Shown one piece after another: positions 41,943 to 56,540 of a DNA stretch of 64,000 nt. The number at the start of each line of letters is the position of its first letter. Position 1 is the first letter of the stretch. A program made the position numbers and the translations under genes. The notes under the pieces are model-generated. The model saw only the letters and a list, made by a program, of their open reading frames with translations. It was not told where the DNA came from and searched no databases. Source of the stretch: Balanoglossus misakiensis (taxonomy: Eukaryota; Animalia; Hemichordata); NCBI GenBank assembly GCA_040954595.2, contig CM082576.2, positions 5,120,760 to 5,184,759 on the forward strand. Direction: 5' to 3'.

Positions 41943-42853
41943 ATGGCGAGCAAAAAAGACAAGGCAATTCCTGCCAAGGAGAAAAAGACCAAGTTCAAGA
42001 AAGGAAACGACGACAAGAAAGCCACCGATGAAGATGACAAAGATGGAGAACCCAGCGCGAAGGAACTGGTTAAGCATAATGCGGATTATATTCGAGGAAA
42101 ACCTGATATTCGTGGATTCTTTGCCCTGAGTGAGACTTTGCGAATGTACGGTAAGTTGGAACAAACCAACGCATATATGACGTGACCACACATATCAACG
42201 AATTTACACGGACTTTTTATATTACATGTACCGGTACATACACGGACTGTGAGTTGATCAACCGGCACGGTGGTATATTGGCAGTCTCAACGAATTAGTG
42301 ATTTACCAGTGAGCGGTATCGTTTATGCGACGGTCACTCCGTGTCAGTAGGCATAGACTGTTGGGCTACAAAGACTTTGATTTACTTCATACCAATTTTT
42401 ACCAAATTATTTTTGTTCGTTACTTTTAACAAACAAAAGAGCTTCTGCATGCGCGTACACAGACGATTTTCTGTTATCAGCATCGTATTTACCCTATGTA
42501 CAGTAATGATAGTAATACCATATCGATGACTGGTATTCAATTGATCTGATTTGACAGCGATACCCCAACATGCGCACGATTATTATGTAAACCGTAGGAT
42601 AAACACAATCTATCTGCTCCACTGAAAGTTCACACGTAACATTTTAAAACTAAATAGATTTGTTAAAATAGGCCAGGCTTCACGTTTTCGTTCTGCGTCG
42701 CAGGTGTCACGCATCATAATGAAGTTGTCACCACTATTCGTAATCTGCCCACTTCACTATGTAAATTTTTCGGTCTCATATATGTTAAACTTTTCTTATC
42801 ATCCCTCACACTATCTGACCTGTTTTTTCGCTCCCCACTCTAACCAGTATAAG
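41943..42853 (+). CDS. possible small Lys/Asp-rich orphan protein (~90-115 aa)
   Basis: ATG is in good context (GGATGG). The ORF MASKKDKAIPAKEKKTKFKKGNDD...SETLRMY ends at a strong donor CG|GTAAGT (42150). A phase-compatible acceptor TCGCAG|GT at 42704 continues GVTHHNEVVTTIRNLPTSL. No family recognised; the 3' end is uncertain. Confidence 0.4.
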
Positions 42854-44372
42854 TGTTGTAATCATGTGCCCTTCTGAGCATGGCCCAAACAAATGATACC
42901 TTTACGTCTGTACTTCACTGCCTCGTCAGTTATGAGCCAGTTCCGTTGTTCTTCTGGTTGAACCCAGTGTTTACTCGGGCTACCTGGCTACACACCCACA
43001 AATAGGCACGGTTTCATATTACTTCAGATATCAACAGATAATGCATTGCTAGCTCAGTATACTAAACAGTCGGTCGATGCAGTCCTCAACCATATTCTCA
43101 CTATTAGGCCCGGGTCCAAGGAGGGGGAAACTGTCGGGACCGAAAAGTCGATCAGTTCAGAATGACCTTCAACTTTAGCACATAAGTATATCCCACGGGT
43201 TCTGGAGACAGATATCTTCTTGGCAACGGAAATTTTAGGCGTTGTGTCGGCCTAAGATGATCACAAAACGTCTGGTCATTTTGAAAGGTGGACCCTTTTG
43301 TAAGTTTGAACCGTGCTATGTATATGACGGAGAAATTGGCCTTTTGCACCAACGATTTGTCTTCTACCAATAGTTTACATCTCACAAGTTTGTTTGTTTA
43401 CGTTTTATTAATGCTAATGGAATCGGTTTAATTTGATTTAATTTTATTAAAAAACACTAGCGGCCTTTCACCATTCAATACAGGGAAATTGCGTATTTTA
43501 TATGCCAGTTAATGCACTGGTGCGCCCTCTGTGGACAGTATCGCAACATCCCTGCCACGCAACACGGTTTAAAAAATATTCATCGCAATTCATGAAAAGT
43601 CCTTCAAAATGATCTAAACGAAGCTCGCCCAGGTCAATGGATGAAATATTGTACCCAAGAGCATTGCGGGGACTGTGGTACGAATGGCATCCTGTACTTG
43701 TAGGGATTCTTATGGGTCGAATATCAAGTGCTACTTACTGCCAAAGTGGTACTAAAATGTGTACGTAATATACTTTGAAATTTTTAAGTTTTGGAAAAAT
43801 TAAAGTTTATTGCCGATTCGCGTGACATCTTAATATCCGAATAATACAAATGGCAATCCCGAGTGAAGACAAAGAAAGCACGAAAAAAGGATCAAAAAGT
43901 TAGTGCCTCCAAACCCAAAGTCATTTGGATAGTTTCGGCTAGCTACATATCTTCGCAACATGTAACAAGGGAGGAACACCGTGCCAACGTGCGCCTTTTC
44001 CTAAAACATGACGTAGACGTATTTTATTCATGTGAAATAGGACATTGTTTTACCTTGCCACTGATCTTGTTATATGTAGCCGACGAAAGACAATGCGGTT
44101 ATGAAACATAAAACACGAAAATATTAAAACGGGACACAGACCGAACGCGCAGGCTAGGCTACGTATCATGGCATGCGACCCGTTTTTACAGACGATCGGC
44201 TGTTTTTGAAAATGTATTGCAAAAAACACCACCTTTTGTACAAAGCGAGGTTGTCCAACACAAAAAGTTCGTGCTCTATTGAGAAACACAACACCACCAA
44301 AACAATACTGCGTGCGAGTAAGGTAGCTCGAGGTAAATCAATGCGTCCATGCGCGACTTCGAAACGAGTGTC

Positions 44373-44694
44373 GTCGCTAATGGCAACAGCACAAGCCTTT
44401 TAGCCCATGACCTTATTACTACCGTTCGGTGTATTTATTGTTCATCCGCTTGTAATAAACAAGTATTCCCCCGAAAGAATTAATTATGACAGCTATCAAG
44501 ACCGAATTTCAGACAATTAATTTATCTTTTAGTTGTTGCTTGCCATATGGCGCCACACAGAGGGAGTTTTACAGTGTTTTGAAACAAACACCCATTTCGT
44601 CGCGTATGAATACAATAATGTAAACAAAGTGTTCACTTTTTGGACGTAGTCCGACAAATGACAAAATAGGAAGTTTTAATCTAAGATGGCCGCC
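44373..44694 (+). promoter_or_regulatory. MOK promoter elements: RFX X-box and YY1-like motif
   Basis: GTCGCTAATGGCAAC (44373-44387) and AAGATGGCCGCC (44683-44694) lie upstream of the ATG at 44834. Confidence 0.5.
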
Positions 44695-44833
44695 CGGGGT
44701 GAAAAGACGACGGCAACTTCGGAAGTCCTCCAGAAGTGACCCGAATTAGGAAATTACAAAATGCCGACAACGTACCGTTGACAAGAACACATTGGAAACC
44801 TCATGATGGTGTAGCGGTTAGAATTGTACAACA

Positions 44834-47800
44834 ATGCAAAGTAATTGTCCGAGCTTCTGCTGCAATATATGTTTTTATTTTACGGTGTTGTGACTTCAGG
44901 TGTCGAAGGATACGTACGTGTGTATACATTGATCACCGGAGCGTGGATGGTCCACGGTATACAACTTAATTTCATGGGTGGCGATTGCTCTGTAATTAAT
45001 TAAATCGGCGCAGTGTCTCTGACTGATTTGTTTTCCCCACTTTGCAGAATACAGAATTCTTGGGAAGAAGGGGGAGGGCACATTCTCCGAGGTATTGAAG
45101 TGCCAAAACATCAAAGATGGACAGTACTATGCGTGTAAGAAAATGAAACAGCATTATGACAGGTGAGTCTGGTTCATTTCAAACACCAATTAGTAAGACT
45201 GTACGAGCAGACACGATAATATTCTGGCTCACGTCTTTTTCCTCTCTCACTTTTCAGCCTTGAACACGTCAACAATTTACGAGAAATCCAAGCAATGCGG
45301 AGACTCAGTCCGCATGGAAATATTTTGGAACTCAAAGAAGTAATTTTGTAAGTACTAATCTACTGCCTACACTGTTAATTTTGGTATGTATGAAATTATA
45401 CATAATCATAACATCCGTATGTATTACACTTTTCCCCTTTTAGTGAGAAGAAATCTGGTACGCTAGCGCTAATATGTGAGCTAATGGACATGAATATATA
45501 TGAACTGATACGAGGTGAGACGCTTTTATTGACTGCTATAAACCCGACCCAACTACAGAGTATACACAAAGCGACAGCCAACATTAAATTTTCATTTGTA
45601 CAGCTTATTCACTGCATACCATGGACAGTACTGGTATTTTGTTATGACCATGAAAAATCAAGAAAGTATAAAAAACTAACCAAAACAGTCAAATTGCAAA
45701 TCTCCAGCAACAGGAATTTTAATATCTTATTTTGATTGTATAAAGACAAGGAGTTGATTTGTTCACATTGCAGTATAAGCATGTATAAACATGGGAGGGA
45801 ATGCATTTTATAGGTCTGCTAGTTTTCAACAATATTGAATACCTGTTTTGTGGCAGTGGTGGTAGAATTTGAAATATGTACAGATTGGAAAATACCTGAC
45901 CAGTTCATTTCATACAGATGTGTACACACTGCAGTCATTCAAGAATCTGTACCAGTATTTATATTGTTGGCAGGGAATGGTATTGCAGTTTCCCTGCCTA
46001 CGTATATATTTATGTTCTGTAGATGTAATAAAACCTAAAAATAAGGATTTTAAGATAAATTTTAGTATTATTATACTTTGAGGTTAAATAACTACAGTAG
46101 GCAAAACAGAATATGATGACATCATCAGACAATATGGCCTTGATGCGAAACAATTAATAAATAAACATTTGAGTGGTTATTGTTCTGTCTCTCAACGCTA
46201 CCATGACCAGACTTTGGACCAAATCTTTTGTTTTCCATATAAATGCGGGTGGGAATGACGCACTGGGAAATGGGGTGAAAGGGCAAATTACTCACAGTTG
46301 TTATTTACAACAATATTCAAATACCCTAAAATGATTTCTTCAGGTGGAGATAAAACACATGCAGGCATCAACAATGGAAACCTCACCTGTGAGTGTGAGG
46401 AAGACTTTTCACTCAGTGACAATACTGAATACACTTAATCAAGGGGAGAGATTGACCTACTTTAGAACAACCAAGTACATGTACAACATACATGTATATT
46501 GGCCACTGTCATGACAACTTATGAGAACATGCAATTTTGAGCATGTGCTTGTTTTCCTGCAGGTGAAAAAGAAATATGTTTTGGTCTTAATTATATTCTT
46601 ATAAGTTGATGGTATTATCTGATTGTTGCAGCATTGAATCTGATTCATTTCATATTTTATTTCATCTGTTCATCTGTCACTCCCAATACATACAGTTTAA
46701 TATTCATACAGTGATTGTTGGAGAACTGTAGCTCTAGTCAAAAGAAATTACAATCAACAATAGGCGCACTAAATGATTTATGAAAAATCAATATTAGGTG
46801 GCAACGGGTGACCTGCAGTGTGTGGTTAGTTTGATGAGGCAGATCTTTTATCACATTCTCGTCAAATCTCCACCCCTGTATAGGTGACAACATTGTTCGT
46901 ATATGTTTATTTAGTCGTGGTAACCACTTTGCAAACATTTTCATTTGAATGTTGAATGTAGCCATGAAATACAGAATTCTTAAGACAAAACGTAAAAAGG
47001 AATTTTTTTAAGAATATAATTTTTGAATATTGAATCCAGTGGGAAAGGAAATTTGAATCAATCTTTGTTATGTTGCACTCATCATTTTCACTGATTTATA
47101 TATTCATGGTGCTTTAATTAATTTGTTATTAATAATATCAATAAATATTTACCACGGTATACTAGTATACAGTGCTCTGATAAATTGCTTAGACTAATTC
47201 CAACAGAAAATAATGCAACAGTGTGTTATATGTACATGTACATTGCAAGCAGTGTATATATTCAATGGGCACTGTAGTGTAGTAGATTAATTTGTCAAAG
47301 TGTAATGTCGGCATTGAATTGAAAAGGGGGAAATTTATTTGACACCTGAACAACCACATTTCTTTCAATAATCACAATGCATTAAATTAGAGCCAGTCAG
47401 GTGGTTCGTAATACAGTTGGTGTTTGGTAATCTTGGTAATTTCCTCGGTGTAAATGTTGGTGTGGCGCTCACCTTCTTGCATCGTTCACCCTTTTTTTCT
47501 TCTGCTGTACAGTTATTCTGCCTTTGTGTTTGTTGGTGTGAATAGTACAACAGTGCATGACAAAGTGCCCGTTATATTCTCAGTCTCTTTTGTGAGAATT
47601 TGCCATCAGGGAATTGTAATTTCATTAAACACATTTATGAAGGTTCCTGTGGTCCGGAGATTTGTTGTCAAGGTTTGTTGTTGCTTCAAAAGTGAAATAA
47701 ATCCCACTGAGAAAGGATATTCCGTCTTTTGATAGCCAGCTTTTGCATTTTCCTATTGAGATATCTGAATAATTGGTCAAAGGTCATATGCAAGCTTGGT

Positions 47801-50800
47801 TACTATGACTACAGAGTAGTGTATACATATTCTTGGTTGGCATGGCTACTGGGTCTCGGTTTTAGTGATTTGATCTGTCTGCTGCAGTGGTTGAATTACT
47901 CAAGCTGTTGGGATTAATTTTGTTTAGCCTCCACAGCTTTCATGTTCTGTGGACATAAGGTAATACGTGTATGTAACCCGGTTACAACATTGAGTTGAAA
48001 CTTGAAAAAAATGTGTTTTTTACCTGATGTACATGCAGTGAACATCGAAATTAAGAAATTGGAATTATTCAGAGAAACATAAACTCACCCAGAGACTTAA
48101 AGAATGAAAAACTCGTAACTGTACGCTCATAACATATACACAAATGGTCTGACACACACCCTGCAACAGGCAGATTGAAGCTACACTGGTTTGTACCCAG
48201 TAGGGCACGGGGCAATTACAATGGAAACATTCACTGGAAGCCTGTACTCCTCTGTATATTGTTGCACTGATGGACAGACAAATGCGCAAATTCAAAGGCA
48301 CTTCATTTTCTTTTGGTGTGGCCTTGAAGAGCAACTCAAAGGTCATTCTCTAGCATTATCACACCAGACTGAAAACCTTTGGAATACAAATACGGACCGG
48401 TTAATTTCTTTTTGACAGTCGTGTTTTTGTCAGCCTTGTAAATCATGCCACCATAGAGACACAAGTTGTCTTTGTTGCAAGGGATTTAGTTTAATAAGTA
48501 TCAGGTAGATACAGATTGTGTTGTTAATGTCAAGTTGCTCGACTTTGTCAGGCTTGGACCTGCCTTAGTGGGTGTTTTACTTGTGGACTAATCACATTGT
48601 GGGTTAGGATTCGGAAAATTCAAACCACGCACACTCAACATCAAATACGGCACAGAAGTTGTTGGTTTAAGTCTTACAGAATTTTGTCTCCCTTGTCAAT
48701 GGAGAAGGTGCCATTTTAAAGAAGCTTCATACATTCCAGCAAGACCTTTCAAGTGGGCTAGACTCTACGACTACAAAGGAAGAAGTTGGTTGTTTTCTTG
48801 TTTAACAAAGCCATTAGGTTTCAAGGCACATAGCTACCAAATAAAGTGGTTTGGTGCAGCTAAATCGGACAAGAGACAAGATCCTTTAACTAGTTGCAAG
48901 CTACGTGCAATTGTATTCTGCTGTCCACTTCTAAAATGTTTTCTCTCCCTTACATAAATTGAAACAAATTGTTTATGTAAGTGCATTCTTCGATCTTGTC
49001 GGGGAAGCTTAGGAAGCGAAAGGGCAGATGTCAATTTGAATTCACGGGTTGTCAATGACAAACTCCATAGTTTTCTCCCATCTTTGTAAAAAATATTTAT
49101 ATTACTAATTTCTGTAGTGAGAATGGATTGAGTCGAGTGGAATTATGAATTGTCGCAACATAGTGTGTAACCACCTGTTGATTTCACATCATTGCCTTGA
49201 GCCTCATAGTTAAAGCGCAGAAATTTATAGTCTGTTCCGGAACATTATATGTCATTTACTGAAAGCATTTTGGAGTGTGTCTTAATCCATCAATTCATTA
49301 ATGATACCAAATATATATCTTACTGGTTTATTTTACCTAGACGTTTGCATGATTTTTGGCCCCGATCATACCATAATTATATAATTGTACATCCAAAAGG
49401 ACGGAAAATTTTTTTCCAGCTGAATAAAATATCTCCATTCTTCAGCAGTAGTCTTGTACATGGGTTGGCTATAAGGCATTGTGGTTTACATATGTACACT
49501 TGTGAAATGCATATGGTCATGTGCTGACACAAAAAGTAGTCGGCCGGGTCCAAATTCCAGCCTAGGTTGGAGCAATGCTAATACCTTTGTGTAAATGAAA
49601 AGCTGTACCTACATGTATTGTGTGTAGCAACAAGCAGACATTCTATGCTCGTGACAAATACGCATATTGATTTTCCCAGCATGGTGGTCAAAACAACTGC
49701 TCTGTAAACCAAGGCTGTGTCAGTAATATCAGAACAGACCTTGTGGAGGTATACATGCAACGAAGTAGAAAAATAAATTATGCATTGGAAAATTATTGTA
49801 AAATATTGAATTTGTGATGGAGTGCTTGCAACACTGGGTAATACACTGTTGACATATTTTCAAATGTCACTCCCACATTCAAGCTGTGAGAAACCATGAA
49901 GTACCTTTCCATATGTCATGACTTCAGGATTATGTTTCGTGACTGACTGTTTAGTTTGTGGGCTGTACTGTGATGCTGAAGACATATGCATGTTTCTATT
50001 TAGCCATGGATTTAGAATGCAAATTTCTGTAGCGACTGCTTGTTGCTTCTGTAGCCTTACTCTGGTTTCCTATCAAACTCATCGGCTGATTCAGTGATTG
50101 GCATGTGGCACTGATTCGTAAGTCAACAACAGCAGCAACTTGGGTAGCAAACCTCCACTTTAGCGGTCAAGCTTCAAGTATTTGTTTTCTTAGCTCTGAT
50201 CAGTCACCCTTCATCCTGATCAGTATTTAGTAGCCATGGTACTACCAGTAAACACATTTTGGGTACTTATACATTGATAGTGGTTCAGTTTTTGCCCTGA
50301 TTTGCTGTGTTTGACTTACTTTACCAGTGATGGAACATTTGTATTATTTCAGTTCTCTCTGGACTGTGGCATGTCCAGAGGTCAGTTTGGCTATAGATAG
50401 CCTTGGTATAGTCTGTAAAAGCCTTTAAAATCATGCGTAGCATAACCCTGTAACATAGCAGCATAGCAATTCCCTTCTGTGGTGGAAAATCCCACCTATT
50501 TCTAAGAGTTTGTACCTTTTACAAATAAATATTATTAAAACTGAATATAATATTTATGAAATGTTTACACAGTGAATTAGGAAATCTTGTCTTGGAAAAA
50601 TCTTTGCAATAAAGCTACGGAGAAAAAAGTATTGTTCTTTAGAATTGCCATATCCTAACTTTTTTCTAATTTGAATTTGTCTTCCAAGTAGGAACACTTG
50701 TGAGTCGTTAACACAGTTATATTTTAATGTCTTGAATTGTCAGAATGGTGAGGTTTGCTGACATGGGAGTGCAAACACTTTGCAAATAAAAAGGAGTAGT

Positions 50801-53800
50801 ACAATGGGAAGTTACCAAGACATAGTGTTGTAGGCAAGGAAGTATGGCTGTGAATGGACGGAGTGCTGACGTAGATATGCTCTGTCACTTTACAGAGCAT
50901 TGTCTATTGTTGTCGTTTGTTTCATTTAGGAACAAGTTGTTTGTAGCTGAATGTGGGGAGGAAAGTGGAATGCGGTTATGGTGGTTTTGTTTTGTTTATG
51001 AAGGAAACTAAAACTTGATAGAGTTATACTTTGAGTGTTTTTTTCCTGATTGCTTTATTATCACGACGCAACTTGCTTTGTATTCAGAACATCCTGGATG
51101 AATACGTTCAATGAAAAGTTCTGTATGTCACTATGTGTGAGCCAATATCCAGTGCCTGTTATCTGTGTTTGTAGAAAATTCTTGTCATATCCTGTTTTCA
51201 TTTGCTGTACATGTTGTATAGCAATAATGTATATTTTTTATAAGACAATAAGGTGAATGTTCACTAAGTCACATACCCTCAATTTCTTGCCAGATTTTGT
51301 TCAAGTACTGTACCAACATAAGATCATTGTATACCAGTAACCTAATTTGTTCAACCACCAGTAGTACCTCACCCTTGACATATCCAAACCCTTGTGACAT
51401 GATAGCAACAAACTCTAGTATTCATAAGACAGTTTGTTATAAGTTACACCTGGCAGCCCTCAGAGCCATATCTTTTACATTGCATTACAGACAATAAACC
51501 ACAGAGCTGCAAGTTGTTCAATTATTGAACCAGCGTTGTTCTATTATTTATGCCGTCTCCATTTGTTTTGTCATTTGACAAAAACCTTTTGTAGTCTGGT
51601 GATTGCTGCCACCACGATTACACACACCCACAAGTGTTAAACACAGGTAAATTTCTTCACATGCAAATGTACATGTATATGTTGTCCATTTGATGGTACA
51701 TGTACGCTGTATATTCATTAACCACAGCGACCTTTACACTGAATATACCATAAAATGGCTTGTTGGTCGGCCTACTAATTGCTCACTCTTGCATTGTTCT
51801 TTTGTTTAAGAACACAATTAAATGTGTATGTATTGACACAGAAAAGCATTTTGCAGTATTATTGCAGTGCTCAAACCAGTTACAACTGGCACGATTGATT
51901 GAAGCAAATATATACATCTACATCCAGATTATTCAAATGTTAGGTTTTTTCAAATGTGTGTGCAAGTACTATATTGATCAATATTGGTCATTGTTGCATT
52001 GAATGTCATGACAGAAAAGTGATGGAAAATCAAATATTCTGTCTTTCTATCTTTACAGGGAAAAGACATTACTTGCCTGACGCCAAAATAAAAAATTACA
52101 TGTATCAGCTGATGAAGTCTGTTGATCACATGCATCGGTAAGTATTATTTTAATATAGCCTGCAAGTTTAATACTACTACATGTAAATTTACTGTTCACG
52201 GGTTGTTTTAATTTGTGCGACGGAAATACTTATATGATTACATGTTCGCAAATCTACCGTAATTGCATTGACAGCTGGCACTTAAGTATGAAATTTACAT
52301 ACATATTGTAGGATCAAAAATCAGTGCTGTTGCATTCACTTGGCTGTTGCCATGGCAACATCATGGTCAGGTTTATTGGAACACTGCAAACTCCTGAGAT
52401 TTAAAGTACCAACTTATCTGAAACACAGCAAAGGGGTTTGTGTTTGAAAACTGTAATTTGGTGTCAGGTACATGCCTGTGTTTTTCACTCAATCATCAAA
52501 TTCGAATTGCATCATCAGTTAGTGCCTGCCTGTCATTTACAATTTGATCAGAAGCATAAAGTGATAGCTTAAGTAAAATATTTCTGATTATTTATTATTA
52601 TCCTGTACAATCGCATGAAAAATTGCCTATACTTTGGGGTCACACAACTGTTTGAAATAATTCAAAGCCTCAAAATGGGAATATTTTTTGTAATGGTGAT
52701 TTCATAGCCTCATAAAAACCACAATCAAGTTGGCATTTCCATTTACTGGATGGAAAGTGCCTTTGGCTACTTAATCTGAAACGGATAACATTCCTTCAAA
52801 AATGCCCCTAGCAAAATTGTAATGAGAAAATAATTAATTAGTTTTTACTCTGTTTCCTCACAATAAATGAAATGTCTAATTAATAGCGGAATTTTTTTCC
52901 CCTCTAGGAATGGAATTTTCCATAGGGATGTTAAACCGGAAAATATTTTAATCAAAGTAAGTACATGTACCTGTTAGTTTTTTGAGTAAAATTGGCTATT
53001 TTCATGTTGCCCTGGTTTCTTCACAAATTTCGGCATGAGCTGTCAGGTTCAGATTTTTAGGATAAATTGACACAAACATTATATTGACCTTATGAAGGGT
53101 TGAGGGTCATTTATCCTGCTTAGGACATACTAAAGGTTGAGTTATGTGAGTTCTGTATTCCAATTTTTGTATTTCAGCTGGTACTTTTGCCAGAATTTAT
53201 CATCTATTACTATTAGCTTTACAGAAAATGGACATATCAGAAACATAAAATCTCACGCCAGTCAAAATGCTTATTTTATTCCTTCTCGTCTATCACAGGA
53301 TGATGTTCTGAAATTAGCAGATTTTGGTTCATGTAGGAGTGTGTATTCTAAACCGCCTTACACAGAGTACATATCCACGCGGTGGTACCGTGCTCCCGAG
53401 TGCCTTCTAACAGACGGCTACTATTCCTATAAAATGGACCTTTGGAGTGTAGGCTGTGTTATATTTGAAGTTATGAGGTGAGATATACAAACTTTCAAAA
53501 ACAAATTATATGTTCTGTCATCAGTACTTGAAATGATGCGTTTCTGTTGCCATTTGCTATATTTGTATTAATCATTCTTAAATTCTGTCTGCTGCAAACA
53601 CAATGCTGTTAATCAGTTTGCTATAAATATTGCCATCTGGATGCTCAGTTTTTAATAACATCTACAGAGTGTTTCTGATAGCCAATTTGTTTTTTTATAT
53701 CCACATCTTGGATTCATTCATTCTTTGTAATCTTTCCTGTGATATTTAACGGTTTCCTAATTCACACTTAATAGTTTGTCTCAGCCTCAGAGCTGTGTTT

Positions 53801-56540
53801 TGAGTTGTGGTGGAGCGTTCACACTTGACATTCCAGTCATGTAGTTGCTTCAGAGAAGATTTTCACACTTTTGGTGTAACCTTTTACATTGCCCACGGCA
53901 CTTCATATTCTGCTGCGGCAGTAATGCAGCAACCACTTGTATATGACATTTTGCAAATACCCGCAGGCCTTAAGCAGATGAAGATGTATTGTTATTCCGG
54001 GGCAGACATAGATTCATAACCCATTCAACTGTCAGCATGGGCACGTACATGTGTAATGAAGGCATTTGAAAGCAGTCCATTTCCGATTCAATGTAATTTG
54101 ATGGTAATACACGGTACACTATAGAACAGGATTTTATTTCCCATCCCGGTAACCATGGCAGCACATGGAACAATGCAAAAGTGATTCTATTTTTCAATTT
54201 GTAATTATTGGTGTTCCATGGATCTTTTGCTGTAGCGCTACAAAGAGTTCAGAATATTGAACATATATTCTGGGAAACACAAGGTGTCTTTCTTTAATAT
54301 TTGTTAACTTACACAGAGACGAATTTTGTAACACAGAAATTTCATATGGCGTCAGTGGATATACTTACAAGTGGGAGTTGTTTTTTTAACTCCTGTAATT
54401 TCCCTGGTAATTTTACTTTTTAGAGGTCCAACTTTACAGTAGAAAACAATGGATTTGGAACAAACCATGGAAAGTGAAGTTTTATTTTGTCCTTTTTCAG
54501 TTTGCATCCATTATTTCCTGGTTCCAATGAGGTGGATCAGATAGCCAAAATTCATGACATCATGGGTACGCCTGACAACACCATCCTCAATAAACTTAAG
54601 AAGTAAGTCACGTCTTGGTGCCACTTGGCATATTTGTCTCCATAATTGGTCGTGCAGATATTGCATCCACTTGGCTGATTAATGTCCGCCAGTAGTGAGA
54701 AAGACGATACAGTGCTATGTACAAGGCTGTTACAGGACCTGAATTTACTGAATGTATCATCAGTACCTGAATCTACATGATTGACTTTTATACAGTGCTG
54801 TGAACATAGGCAATTACTTAGGGTCTGAATTTCCTTCTCCATTCTTTGCAGTAAAAACAGGGGAATGAATTTCAACTTTCCTCAGAAGAAAGGCACAGGG
54901 ATAGAAAGACTATTAACTCATGCATCTAAAGATTGTATAGAACTAATATATCAGTTGTGCAAGTATGATCCCGATGAGAGAATATCTGCAAAACAAGCCC
55001 TTAGACATTCATATTTCAAAGAACTGAGGTAAGACTTCATTTTTTTCTTCTGTTCAACCTTCTTTACTTTTCCAGAAACAGAATTTTAATTATTTCATCA
55101 CATTTTTGACATGGGCTACTTGTTTATGTCTGACTCTGGGAGTAAGAGGTGACAGAAATTGTAGACAGTCCGACATGTTTTAACATGTCTTCTTTCAACT
55201 TAAATTCAAGCAAATTTACTAATAAATAAATCAGTCAGATTTCTCTGATGCTATTCTGCTGTCCCATTCATTTTGTCTTGATCATATCTCCCTAGAATCT
55301 GTGTAGATATACCGATGATTCATTTCCATGTGGCATGATCACAGTCAACTCTATCAGTTAATCAATAATGTTTGAAAAAGTATTAACCTCTACACTGCCA
55401 AAATGCCCCTGATGCTGAGCAACAGAACATTGGGCCGTGCTTTGCTGATAAAATACCACTGGTTACCAACTGTCCTGCATTTTTTATGGTCTTCCATGAC
55501 TGAGGTGCTAGAAACTTACCCAGAATGCAGAGTGTGAGAAAATAAGTTCTACTACATAGAGTGAGTAGGCAGGTTAGAGGTATAGCCAAGTGGCCAGCGG
55601 GGGCGCTGTTTGCCTGAAAGTTAATCAAATTCACTGACTGTAATTTCGATTTTCTTTGTCACTCAGAGATGCTGAGAAGCGTGCTCAGGCAATGTCAAAG
55701 ATTCCTGTGAAAATGGAAGACACAAATAAAGACAGGCCCAGCTCGGCAAATGCAGAGGTGACGAAGCCTCTTATACCAAAAGATATAGCCCAGATGAGGC
55801 ACAGGAGACGGGTATGTAGTCTATTTTATATCTTCCTGAACATAGGCAATGACATGAATGTGTTATTTTGTCTTAAAAATATTAAAAGGATTTAAATCGA
55901 TCTATGGTATAGATTATTATACTCTGAAAGAAAGTCAAATAAAGTCTTTAATTATCTTGCCTGCATTATGTGTGGTGTGTCAGTAGAGAACAGTGAGAAA
56001 AATACCAATATTGTCAGTTCCTTGTCAGGAAATTTAGTCTCTCTTATTTTTTTTCAATTTGTATCTTTTTGTTTTCAGAGAAGGCAAAAGAAATTAGCAG
56101 ATTTGGAAAACGCGCAGCACAATAGTATATTTCCGAAAGTATCACAAGCTGCAACATTACACAGTTCAACGTTCCCCTCAGCATCATTTCCGTCAACGTT
56201 CCCGAAACTTCACAGCAATCACCATCACATGCTACCAAGTGTCGCGAATGCCCATTACAGTAAACACCATCATCACCACCACAAAAAGGTGAGGTTTTTA
56301 TCCTATATGTGTATATGTGTGAGAGTAGCAGCAGATAATACTAGCAGCTGACAATACAGTGTCATTTTCTTATGCAGAACAACACAATTTCCCAACAAAT
56401 AATTGTGTTTGGTGTTTGAGAATTCCTACACTCATTAGTATGTCCTTTCTTTGCAGGCGACAAACTATGATACGCATACAAAGAATATGTACGGTCACTA
56501 TCAACTCCCGTCCATAGACAGAGGCAAAGGAGGATTTTAA
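44834..56540 (+). CDS. MOK: MAPK/MAK/MRK overlapping kinase (RAGE; ciliary-length kinase family)
   Basis: 12 exons: 44834-44840, 45048-45162, 45258-45347, 45444-45514, 52059-52137, 52908-52956, 53299-53477, 54501-54602, 54852-55028, 55667-55811, 56079-56288, 56457-56540 = 1308 nt, 435 aa. Motifs: [71 protein letters not shown]. Confidence 0.96.
52346..52359. promoter_or_regulatory. perfect palindromic RFX X-box
   Basis: GTTGCCATGGCAAC in MOK intron 5. Confidence 0.55.

Noticed and set aside
41712-42191. 159-aa hydrophobic minus-strand ORF
   Set aside because: The hydrophobicity mirrors the Lys/Asp-rich plus-strand ORF; no splice or motif support.
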